Origin: Cetorhinus maximus
Taxonomy: Eukaryota
Direction of reading: 5' to 3'
Assembly (NCBI RefSeq): GCF_964194155.1
Contig: NC_135905.1
Coordinates: 23,808,001 to 23,872,000, forward strand
Length of the DNA stretch: 64,000 nt
Each line of letters begins with the position of its first letter. The first letter of the stretch is position 1. Below are positions 1 to 10,834 of the stretch, one piece after another. Under the pieces are notes generated by a model that was not told where the DNA came from, searched no databases, and saw nothing but the letters and a program-made list of their open reading frames with translations. The position numbers were made by a program, and so were the translations under genes.

Positions 1-1083
1 TCAAAGGTCAGATTAATCCATATATCCAGAAGAAAATTAGATTGTTTAATGACATTTTAGAACAAGCTATACACAAACTTAAATTTAGGAAAGAGGCAGA
101 AAAAACTGACTGGAGCATAAACTAACAACTCAAAAACAGCTCTGAATAAATATCCCTCTCATACAAAGAGAAATACATCTATTGAAAGTACAGTGAGAGA
201 TAAGGAGGTATCAATGTTCAAGATTGGAGAATGTGGTCAATCTGATCAACCCAACCAAAGTTGCTAATACCATCTTATATTCATCTCTACACTCCTCAAT
301 TACCAAAAAAAACTATCATCTCACTTGAGTTTACAAGCACTATCTGCCTCCAGTGTTTCCAAGGGCAGCTGATTCCACATATTTACCATCGCAGTGTGAA
401 GGATTCAATGTAAACCGTCTTTTCACCTCCCCTTTTCCGAGCTCAAGTCTTTACTGCCTGGTTAGATTTTGTGGTTGCATCAAACAATTAATTTGGGTTC
501 AGTGTGTACATAGTCGCAAAGGTGCCTTAGCTTAACCAAAGTACAGTTTGTAGCAGTGGTAAATTTAGAAATTGCTCAGGAGTTGCTAGCATCAGAGTTT
601 ATCCACCCTTCTTGCTGCTAAACTATGACAAAATTTGAAGTATCCTTCACAGTTAGTTGGTTTTGCTGGACTAGTTATCCACTTTGCCACTTGTGCACCA
701 GTCTATTCCCACGCTCCATGCAACTCTTGACCCCCACCTGGCCAGTTTGGCCCAAACAACCAGATCCAAAATCCAGCAAGATCCGAAATCTGGCAGGGCC
801 TCGATCCAGACGATGCAAATACTGTACCTGTACAAGGTCCAGTTCTTCCCACTGGGGCATTAAACCCAGATAGACAATGGCCATGTATTAGAAACCTTTT
901 AGCAGATGACCGCTACAAACTGAACTGACTTTGCTGTCCATCAGTGCATTGTACAAGCAGTACCACAGCATGGTCACTCAACTCTTACTGTTGATTTTCA
1001 TAACTATAGTCAAGTAGAGCAATACCGAGAGAAAGACAGACATACGGAGACAGAGAGAAAAGAGAGTATGTTTGTGACTCTTG

Positions 1084-1743
1084 GGGCAGAATTTTCTATT
1101 CGGTGTGCAGGCGCGCGTCCGACACGTCAGAACGCTAAATGACTCGTGATGATGTCGGGTTTGTGTCCTGACGTCATCACAAAGTTGCGCGATATTTCGT
1201 TCAGCGGGCGCGTGGCGGAGTTGGCTGCGTGCCCACTGATATTTGATAGGCCTATTAAGGCCATTAACCAGGTAATTAACCTGAATTTTACGTTGCCCGT
1301 CCAACCTTATGGTTGGCGGGCAGGCAAAAAGGCCAAGTGGCCTTTACATTTTTTAGGAAACCTCATCCACAAGCGGGGTGAGGTTTCCTAAAGCTTTTAC
1401 AAATGAAATAAAAACTTTTTTTGAAAAATAAAAACTTGTCACATGAGGGGAATGTTTCATTAAGTTTTTGTTGTACTCATTTTTTTTTTAAAAAGCACTT
1501 CAATCTCCCTGATGCAGCTCCATGCCTCAGGGAGATTGAAGCGCTCTTTCGCGCGCGATGTGCAAAAGAGCGCTGGACCCGACTCTCCCTCCTCCCCCAC
1601 CCGCACAGGTAGCACTCAGTGCAACCGCTCGTGGTCCACGCATGGTGGGACTTAATTGGCCCGCCTGCATGAAATTGCGGTGCGGAGCCAATCGCGGGCG
1701 GCCGCTCCCGCTGAGCCCGCCCGACGAATGGAAAATCCTGGCC
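1084..1743. mobile_element. Non-autonomous DNA transposon (PIF/Harbinger-like MITE), copy 1
   Basis: Terminal inverted repeats GGGCAGAATTTTC (1084-1096) and GAAAATCCTGGCC (1731-1743) match at 11/13. 3-bp TSD TTG at 1081-1083 and 1744-1746. CpG-rich interior homologous to 35593-36240. GGGC termini with a 3-bp TSD are typical of PIF/Harbinger. Confidence 0.8.
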
Positions 1744-2035
1744 TTGGTGTCACTGTGCCTGCATCCTATTCACCTGCCTCCTGGTCACAGACCTTTACTG
1801 CAATAAGTGGCTTCACTTCCAGTGAATGTTGTTGAGATTGCAAAACGTGGAGAGAAACTAGAGCCATGACATATCTTTCCCCATAAGAACAAAATGTATG
1901 AATCTCAATTTTCCATTGACAGCATCAAGCAGAACATGAGTTTTGCACAAAAAGTCTAGTCACCAACTCTCATCCCATCTTTTGTAATCCTGGACAATTT
2001 TATTCTCCAAATGTAGACCAAGCAACACTTGGCAT

Positions 2036-2620
2036 AAGGTTACACAGGATATATAGTGCAAATAGGCCATTGGGCCCAACCAGTCCATGCTGGCGTTTAT
2101 GCTCCATTCAAGCCACCTCCCATATTTCCTCGTCTAAATCCATCATTACTCTTTATTCCCTTCCTACCCTTAAATGCATCTATAATATTCATTTTAACCA
2201 CTCCGTGGTAGCGAGTTCCACATTCTCATCACTTTTTAGGTAAAGAAGTTTCTCCTGAATTCCTTATTGGATTTCTTGGTGACTATCTTATATTGATGGC
2301 CTCTAGTTGTGCTCTTCCCCACAACAGAAAGCATTCTTTTTGTATTCACTCTATCAAAACCTTTCATAATTTAAAAAACCTCTATTAGGTTACCCCTCAC
2401 TCAGCCTTCTCTTTTCTAGAGAAGCCAAGTCTGCCAATGCTTTGCTGATATGTATACCCTCAAATTTCTGGTAGCATCCTCGTAAATCTTCTCTACACAC
2501 TCTCCAGTGCATCTATGTCCTTTTTATAAAATGGTGACCAGGACTGCACTCTACTTGAATTATTGTCTAACCAAGGTTTGATTCAGGTTTAGCATTACTT
2601 CTTTACTTTTCAATTCTCTG
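2036..2620 (-). mobile_element. CR1 LINE 3' fragment (decayed)
   Basis: Reverse strand resembles the RT C-terminus and 3'UTR of the CR1 copies at 40983-41935 and 48700-49360 (e.g. ...ctctccagtgc..., ...ggccattgggcccaac...). Confidence 0.7.
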
Positions 2621-4512
2621 TGATCAAACCTGATCATTACTAGTTTAATGCAGAAGAACATAATTTACACTAAAAATAATAGAACTGTTAATGGAGAGAG
2701 ATTTTCAATAAGCAGTTTCACAACTGATTAATACCACAAGTACAACTGGATATCTCATCTCACAAGAATCAACATATTTAAGTTTTGCCTTTCCAACTTT
2801 TAACTTACTGATCAATCTTTAGTTATAACCAATGATACTGATAGAAAAAAATGAAGGCACAATGATTTCCAACCAACTTTTTACCAGCCAGGTTTCTTTC
2901 TTTTTAATTCCTGTCTTGTCAGCTCTTTGTCAGGCCACAATGGACTAATTGCTTTACCACCCCCCATCACCCCTCCCCCACCCCCATCCCACCCCCCAGC
3001 TGAGAGATAGAGGAGAAAAATTACCCTTTGCTTTATACTGCACCTTCTTGACTGTGTTAGGTTAGGATTGGTTCTGCAATCTTGTCTCATTGAGCGCAAG
3101 GGCCATGTGAAGTGGCAATGAACATACATTGAACCTGATCTCTGTGACTGACAGGGCTTTCTGTAAAGCACAGAAGCCAGTAAGTTTCAGCAGGGGCAGA
3201 GCTGTACTGATAAATTGCAAATGCAAAGTTCAAACCCATACAAAGTAATAGGAAACACATGCTCAACAGTGAACACTTGAGGCAAAATCAATCCATGTTA
3301 TTCTTACTTTTAGTTACAGACCAAATCTACATGTAGAAATGTGAATTAATGAACTGGAGTCAGGGGGTGGGAGGGCAGCTGCCTGTCTAGTTGGGAAAAG
3401 ATAAATAAGGAAATTAGAACTAAGAGAAGGAAGAAATAACTTAAAATCAAGAAGGGGAATAAATAAAGCACAATTTTGTGAACATTTGTTTTAAAGAAGG
3501 CTGAAGCTGTGCAGTGCAGCTCTGTATTGTTTAGCCTGTAAAAAGCTCCAGTTAAACCTCTCCCTCCATCCCACTGATACTCCCCATAAATATAAACACA
3601 CACACACACAAATATAAATAAAGCTGAAACTATAAATCTATTTTGGCATAACAGAAATGAGTCTAAAACCTCTCTACTAACACACAGTACTTAGGTCAAA
3701 ATACAGCAAGCCTGAACAAACAACTGCACATCAGCAGGAAAGATGAACATTACACTGCTCCAGTTAAAACAAACATACCATTAATAAGTAAATATGTGAA
3801 TGTTCCAATTAATGTAGGTTCCATCAAATACACACAAACAAAATTAAGCAGCAAAATCTGCTATGCAATGAGCTGTCAAAATAGATTAAGGACAGAGAAA
3901 GTCATGAACAATACAATTTTCTGTTTTAATGCATATGTCTTTGTACAATCACTTCTGACAAGTGCATTAGTTTTTCAGACAGCTATATTTGAATCACCAT
4001 TATTGACTGATTAACAGGCTTATTTGAAATGAATGAGACCTATTGATCTATACTGGATGGTGATGCTTAGAATGCAGTCCTTACTATTACAAACTCCTAT
4101 GATTAAACCCTGATACTTATCTTAACATGTTTCTCATTTCTCTGCCTTTTCTCTCAAGGTCAAGTCAAATCTGCAATATCAAAAGCTGAAGACTCTATTC
4201 CCTCCCAACCTACTTTGAAAGAGTTCTCAAAATTGATTTTTCTTAAATTAGATGAGTCCAGTCATTGCCAACATGATCAACTGTATTAAAATAAAGTTTG
4301 TGGTTATGTAGGCAAGATTCCTGAAATAACAATGATACTGATGATAAATTAGGCTGTTTTTTTTTGGTGGAGGGGTATTAGGTTAGAAGAATAATGTTGG
4401 CCAAGACAACAGGAGAACTCAAGTAATGGCATGTGATCATTTCACAAAATGGAGTTCTATCCGTCAAGTCAATCCTGTGAGGCAGCAAATAACACATAAT
4501 AATCCACTATGC

Positions 4513-4670
4513 TTCAGTTCTGCTGAAGGGCCATGAGGGCTCGAAACGTTGACTGATTTCTTCTCCGCCGATGCTGCCAGACTTGCTGAGTTTTTCCAGG
4601 TAATTCTGTTTTTATTTTTTATTTTGTTTTGGATTTCCAGCATCCGCAGTAGCTTTTAGCTTTTTGTTTT
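4513..4670 (+). mobile_element. Penelope-like element terminal repeat fragment with hammerhead-like motif
   Basis: CTGCTGAA-GGGCC-ATGAG-GGCTC-GAAAC-GTTGAC followed by gatgctgccagacttgctgagtttttccagg. Same sequence as the end of the GIY-YIG-coding fragments at 33025-33693 and 50985-51535. Confidence 0.75.
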
Positions 4671-4928
4671 TAACATAATAATTTATGTCTGCCTGACCTC
4701 GGAGCCTATTTAAAATATTTCCTGCAGCAAGTGCCTCACCAGATGCCTTAAAGAAATAGGCAAGAAATAGCATAACATCAGAATCACGCTCCAGATCCTG
4801 TCGCCTGAGCAATGCCATTGGAGATAAGCCAGTATACTTAAATATTTTGTCCCTCAGCGCTACCTCACACTACTACACTGAAATAGGAGGCAGCGGGATC
4901 TGTTCTCAAACCAGCAGTTTAGCTTTAG

Positions 4929-5103
4929 ATAAAAGCAAAATATTGCGGATGCTGGAAATCTGAAACAAAAACAAAAAATGCTGGAAACACTCAGCAGGGC
5001 TGACAGCATCTGTGGAGAGCAAGGCTCTAAAGAGGAGTCATGCGGACTCGAAACGGTAACTCTGTCTTTCTCTCCACCGATGCACTTTTTGTTTTTGTTT
5101 CAG
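4929..5103. mobile_element. Penelope-like terminal repeats in inverted orientation
   Basis: 4929-5020 is the reverse-orientation terminal repeat (gcggatgctggaaatctgaaac...cagcatctgtggagag). 5024-5103 is the forward orientation (gaggagtcatgcggactcgaaacggtaactc...gatgc). Confidence 0.7.
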
Positions 5104-5545
5104 CTTAGCTTTTGAGTTTGCTGATGGATGTAGGAGAGCAGTGAAAGACAACAATTCAAATCTGCATCCTATCAATTCAAGGTACAACATGTTGTAACTT
5201 AATTCTATTACCAATGACTCCTCCTTGATGCACTTTGGGACGCTATTCCACATTAAAAGGTGCTATATAAATGCAAGCTGTTATCATCAGGACATTTACA
5301 TTTCAATGTATTACTACTTCAGAGGTCATTTTATATGATTAAGTCTTTATCAGGTGTCAGGTAACACATCCCCAAATGACAGTGCCAACTTGGAAGCATC
5401 AAATTTCCTTAGATGAACATAACAGAATATTTTTCAGGGTATTTTGAGAAGACAATACAAGTTTCATGAATGAACCTCCCAAATTAAAGTCGGGATTTTC
5501 ACATCCATGTAGAAAAGGAATTTCAGAACCGAGAGTTGTATGAAC

Positions 5546-5888
5546 TTTTTTTTATTTTTTCATGGAATGTGGGCATCGCTGGCAAGGCCAGCAGCATTTA
5601 TTGCCCATCCCTAATTTCCCTTGAACAGAATGGCTTGCTAGGCCATTTCAAAGAGCAGTTAAGAGTTAACCACATTGTTGTGGATCTGGAGTCACATGTA
5701 GGCCAAACCAGGTAAAGACAGCAGATTTCCTTCCAGATTGCTTTTTTTATTAATCAATTGAATTTATCAATGAATTGAATTCAAATTCTACCAGCTGCTA
5801 TGGTGGGGCTCAAACCCATATACTCAATGTACTAGCCCGAGTCTCTGGATTACTAGTCCAGTGACACACTACTACACCACAGTCCCCC
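5546..5888 (-). mobile_element. tRNA-headed SINE sharing 5' head and 3' tail with the CR1-group LINE (family A)
   Basis: Reverse strand: gtcactggactagtaatccagagac head, ...gaaggaaatctgc...cctacatgtgactcc... body, then caagggaaattagggatgggcaataaatgctg...gcccacattccatga and an A-rich tail equivalent to the LINE 3' end at 17395-17465. Confidence 0.8.
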
Positions 5889-7069
5889 CAAATTGGTGTG
5901 GACGCAGAAGAAGCCTAATTAACTTAAAGCATAGCATTATTTACACATTCTGCACATCAAACCAACTGCTAAATAATATCAAGACAGCTTTACAGATTGG
6001 GAAGCAGTTTTTATATTTACACTGTGCTTGACAAATAACAAAAACAATTTAAAAAAAAATTCCATGTGTAGTTAAATTGTTTTAGGGAATGTCGCTTGCT
6101 GGAGTTATATTTAAAATAGATGAAATTGTGGCTCAGCTGATTCCTGTCTAATGGGGCAAAATGTTCTATAAATGCAGAAAAGCCCAATGATGTGAAAGCG
6201 AATGGAAAGAACCTGAGAGAGAGTACAGGGACAAAGCCAGGAAAAGAAAAGTGCGAGGGCAAAATTCAACTGTCATCATGCTTTATAAATGAATTAAGTG
6301 TTTGGAAAGTCAGTTTTATAGACATCACCACAAAGTTTCAGCCATTTGGAGTTTTTATTAAGTGACTTGAATGGATCAGTGAGTTAGGATGTACTGAATT
6401 GATCAATAGGTTTCCTTGTATTGAATTGATCAGTAAGTGTGCCTGAACTGTCAGCTCACATTTCCACTGCAATTTACAAGAATTATCTTGAATGCTCTCT
6501 GGATTATTAGTCCAAACATCCGGATTACTCGTCCAGTAATGTAATCACTACATCACTGTAACCCTCTGTTTAATTTGCCTCTATTTAGTTAACTAGGCAC
6601 AGTGACTGGTTGCTGTAAGAAGCCTGCAGCAACTGTTTGTTGCCTTTGCGCCAAACGTTGATGGTTACAATCACTAGAGGTTAAAACGCCAAAAATATTT
6701 TAAGTGGTCTTTGGGATAAGCTCATGGAGGTCAACCCAAGTTGAAAACTGGAGGGTGATTCTCAAGGGGTGTAATAGTTTATAGCAAAAAATGTTGTCAG
6801 CATTTGTTAGATCCAAGCTCCATCAAAGGATGAGAGTTGCCTCAGGTAATTGTTTGCAGTGTATCAAAGGCTGCCAACAACTCAGTTAAGAGCTACAGCT
6901 ATGGTATCGAGGAAGCAAGAAAGCTTTTTCTCTGACTTACCAAGGTGAAGAAAGTGATTTTTGGAAATGGTGCTGTTATTGATGGAAAAAAAAGGAAGAA
7001 GAAAATAGGTGAGAGGGTGACAGAGAGAGAGTGATCAAACTGAATGTTCTGAAAGGGTCACATAAAAGT

Positions 7070-7290
7070 GAACTTAAAAGATCCCATTACATTATTTGAA
7101 GAGCAAGAAGGTCTTCCCAACATCGTGGCCAACACTTATCCCTCAAACACTATCTAAAGCACATGAATGACATTTATTTCATTCAGTTTGTGGAACATTG
7201 CTGTGTGCAAATTAAATTGTCGACAGTGTCTGCAGCTCAAAGTAATTCATTGATCTGGAGCACTTTGTGAAATCCTGAGGGCCTGAAAGA
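7070..7290 (+). mobile_element. Deu-domain SINE (SacSINE1-like) 3' fragment
   Basis: ttatttgaagagc...tggccaacacttatccctcaa...tttgtggaacattgctgtgtgcaaatt...cactttgtgaaatcctgagg...tataaaatg. Matches 53560-53976 in the opposite orientation. Confidence 0.55.
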
Positions 7291-7845
7291 AGGTATAAAA
7301 ATGTATGTTTCCCCTTCGGGAGAGTCTTATTGGGCTGAATGACATGTTCTCACCATGGATTTTTGACTCAGGAGGGATAAACCTGATGTGTGTTTCCGGT
7401 TTATATTTCAGATTTCCATTCAGTTTATCTTTTCTCTCATGCTCTACTTTGGAGGGCTGAGTGGAGGAAACAAATATAAAGTTTGAATAAATCACAGTTT
7501 GTGTATTTTTTTTCTAAAATTGCATATTTCCAAACAATAACCTGCACCTTTAACATAAAAAGTCCCTAAGGCCTTCAGAGAGAGAGGAGAGAATCTAATA
7601 CAAATAGATAAAACAAATGGATGCTGAACCGTGGTGTGAGAGCTAGGGGAGAAGACTGAAATGTTGAGGCATAAAGTTTTGAGAAGGTTTGTAAAGAGAA
7701 TTTAGAATGTAGAGGTTCAAAAGACCAGGGTTCAGCTGCCATATTTCTGTAGTGGAGGTCTGTAATGAGAAATGTTGCATTTTGTATATGTAGAGTGCAA
7801 GCATTTATTATTGTCCAAGGTAGTTGCCAATCACATAGGGTAATT

Positions 7846-9503
7846 ATTTTTATTATTCATTCACAGGATGTGGGCTTCGCTGGCTGGGCCAGCATTTACT
7901 GCCCATCCTTAGTTGCTCTTGAGAAGGTGGTGGTGAGCTGCCTTCTTGAACCACTGTAGCCCATGTAGTGTAGGTACACCCACAGTGCTGTTAGGAAGGG
8001 AGTTCCAGGATTTTGATCCAGCGATAGCGAAGGAATGGCAATATATTTCCAATTCAGGATGGTGAGTGACTTGGAGGAGAACTTCCAGGTGGTGGTGCTC
8101 TCATCTATCTGCTGCTCTTGTCCTTTTAGGTGGTAGCGGTTGTAGGTTTGGAAGGTGCTGTTGAAAGAGCCTTGGTAAATTCCTGCAGTGCAACTTGTAG
8201 ATGGCACACACTGCTGCTACTGTGTATCAGTGGTGGAGGGAGTGAATGTTTGTGGATGTGGTGCCAATCAAGTGGGCTGCTTTGTCCTGGATGATGTCAA
8301 GCTTCTTGAGTGTTGTGGGAGCTGCACTCATCCTGGCAAGTGGGGAGTATTCCATCACACTCCAGATCTGTGCCTAGTGGATGGTGGGTGGGCTTCAGAG
8401 AGTCAGGTGGTGTGAGTTACTCATCACACAATTCCTAGCTCCTGACCTGCTCCTGTAGCCACAGTATTTATATAGCTAGTCGAGTTTAGTTTCTGGTCAA
8501 TGGTAACCCCCCAAGATGTTGATAGTGGGGGATTCACTGAGGGTAATGCCATTGAACATCAAGGGGCGATGGTTGGATTCTCTCTTGTTGGAGGTGGTCA
8601 TTGCCTGGCACTTGTATGGCGTGAATGTTACTTGCCATTTGTCAGCACAAGCCTGGATATTGTCTAGGTTCAGCTGTATTTGGACATGGACTGCTTCAGT
8701 ATCTGAGGAGTCGCGAATGGTGCTGAACATTGTGCAATCATCAGCAAACATCCCCACTTCTGACCTTATGATGGAAGGAAGGTCATTGGTAAAGCAACTG
8801 AAGATGATTGGGCTGAGGACACTACCCTGAGGAACTCCTGCAGTGATGTCCTGGAGCTGAGATGACTGACCTCCAACAACCACAACCATCTTCCTTTGTG
8901 CTAGGCATGACTCCAACCAGTGAAGAGTTTTCCCCCGAATCCCATTGACTCCAGTTTTGCTAGGGTTCCATGATTCCACACTTAGTCAAATGCGGCCTTG
9001 ATGTGAAGGGCAGTCACTCTCGACTCACCTCGGAAGTTCAGCTCTTTTGTCCATCTTTGAACCAAGGCTGTAATGAGGTCAGGAGCTGAGTGGCCCTGGC
9101 AGAACCCAAACTGAGCGTCAGTGAGCAGGTTATTGCTAGGCAAGTGCCGCTTGATGGCACTGTTGTTGCCCCTTTCCATTACTTTACTGATGATTGAGAG
9201 TAGATTGATGGGGCGGTTATTGGCCAGGTGGATTTGTCCTACTTTTTGTGTGCAGGACATAACTGGGCAATTTTCCACATAGCCAGGTAAATGCCAGTGT
9301 TGTAGATGTACTGGAACAACTTGATTAGGGTGTGGCAAGTTCTGGAGCACAAGTCTTTAGTAATATTGCTGGAACATTGTCAGGCCCCTTGGTCTTAGTG
9401 GTATCCAGTGCTTCAGCCATTTCTTGATATCACGTGGAATGAATCAAATTGGTTGAAGACTGGCATCTGTGATGGAGGAGGCCGAGATGGATCATCCACT
9501 CGG
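7846..9503 (-). mobile_element. CR1-group LINE (family A), 5'-truncated; RT and 3' tail, decayed
   Basis: ORFs 8982-9350 (RPINLLSIISKVME, QFGF, HIKAAFD) and 8497-8979 (GVPQGSVLSP, FADDC) are RT motifs broken by frameshifts. 3' tail at ~7850-7920. Confidence 0.9.
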
Positions 9504-10109
9504 ACAATTGAAAACAAACAGTGGAGGCCAGTGGCATTATTATACAAAATAGACACACACACACACACATCTGATCAGTAATCACAGCTATTAAATTTCA
9601 AACAATTTGAAAAGTCACACTAGATTCTTCCCTCCCAACACAATCCTATCTTAACAGAATTCACTTTTGACTGTTGGCTACTGCGGATTTAAAAGCAGAG
9701 GTGGATTGCTTTTAGGTGTATTTTGGAGTTCTCAACACAATTGCTTTTTCCTCTCAAAGAGGAAGCAATATTACTGAAGCTATGCCAGTTTTGACATTTT
9801 TTCTTAGAACATCATTCCTTAATGTCAAGTATTTGAAGAAATATTTAAAATTACACATTTGAATTTTATCAGACTGTGATTATCAACACTCTGAAGCAAT
9901 TTATAACTCCTATACTATGCGTTTACCACAAAAACTACTTTGTAAAATGCATGTGTCAACTGAATCAAAATTGGTCCTGTCATTAAGAATAACTCGCGCA
10001 AATTGCTTGCCTCAAAATGGTATTAAGCAATATGCCAGCACTTAAAATTGCAAGGTCAACTTAATGATACAACTATTTAAATAAACTATTGGTTATACGC
10101 GCATTTTTA

Positions 10110-10250
10110 AAAATTCTTTCACAGGATGTGGGTCTCGCTGGGTAGGCCAGCACTTTTATTGCCATCTCTAAGTGCCCTTGAGAAGCCCATGGTGAGCCAC
10201 CTTCTTGAACGGCTACAGCCCATGTGGTGTAGGTACACCCAAAGTGTTGC
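10110..10250 (-). mobile_element. Family A LINE 3' tail fragment
   Basis: ttcacaggatgtgggtctcgctgg...gcccttgagaag...gtaggtacaccc matches 7860-7985. Confidence 0.7.
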
Positions 10251-10274
10251 TAATCTTAACCATCGCTTAATCAC

Positions 10275-10460
10275 CAAAAACTTGTATTTATACAGCACAT
10301 TTAACATAGTAAAAATATCCCGGGCACCTCACAAGAGTATAATCAAACAAAATTTAAAACCAAACCACAAAAGTAGATATTAAGGCAGATGAAAATAGGA
10401 TTTAAGGAGAAATTTAAAAGGAGGAAAGTGAGGTAGAGAGGTGGGGATAGCTTAGAATGC
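10275..10460 (-). mobile_element. L2 LINE 3' end fragment
   Basis: aacttgtatttatacagcacatttaac...aaaggaggaaagtgaggtagagagg is the reverse complement of the L2-type 3' end at 31690-31865. Confidence 0.55.
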
Positions 10461-10515
10461 AGCTTGAAACATTGATTGAAGAACAGGGATTGGAAATTCA
10501 AACATTAAATATCAA

Positions 10516-10834
10516 GGGGAGGCAGTAGCAGTATTGTCACTGGACTAGTAGTCTATAGGCCCAGGGCAATGCTCTGGGGACCTGGGTTCAAATCCCACCA
10601 TGGCAGATGGTGAAATCTGAATTCAATAAAAATCTGGAATTATAAGTCTGTGGACGACCATGAAGCCATTGCCGATTATCAGAAAAACCCATCTGGTTCA
10701 CTACTGTCCTTTAGGGAAGGAAATCTGCTGACCTTACCTGGTCTGGCCTACATGTGGTTGACTCTTAAATGCCCTCTGAACAAGGGCAGTGAGGGATGGG
10801 TGGTGGTGCCCACATCCCATGAATGAATAAAAAA
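10516..10834 (+). mobile_element. tRNA-headed SINE (family A partner), full length
   Basis: B box GGTTCAAATCC at 10585-10595. Head and body align with 13411-13660. Ends caagggcagtgagggatggg...gcccacatcccatgaatgaataaaaaa, like the LINE 3' tail. Confidence 0.85.

Noticed and set aside
3044-3160. Possible minus-strand exon (ttctgtgctttacag/...aag/gtgcag)
   Set aside because: Poor donor site and an unrecognised peptide (KPCQSQRSGSMYVHCHF..).
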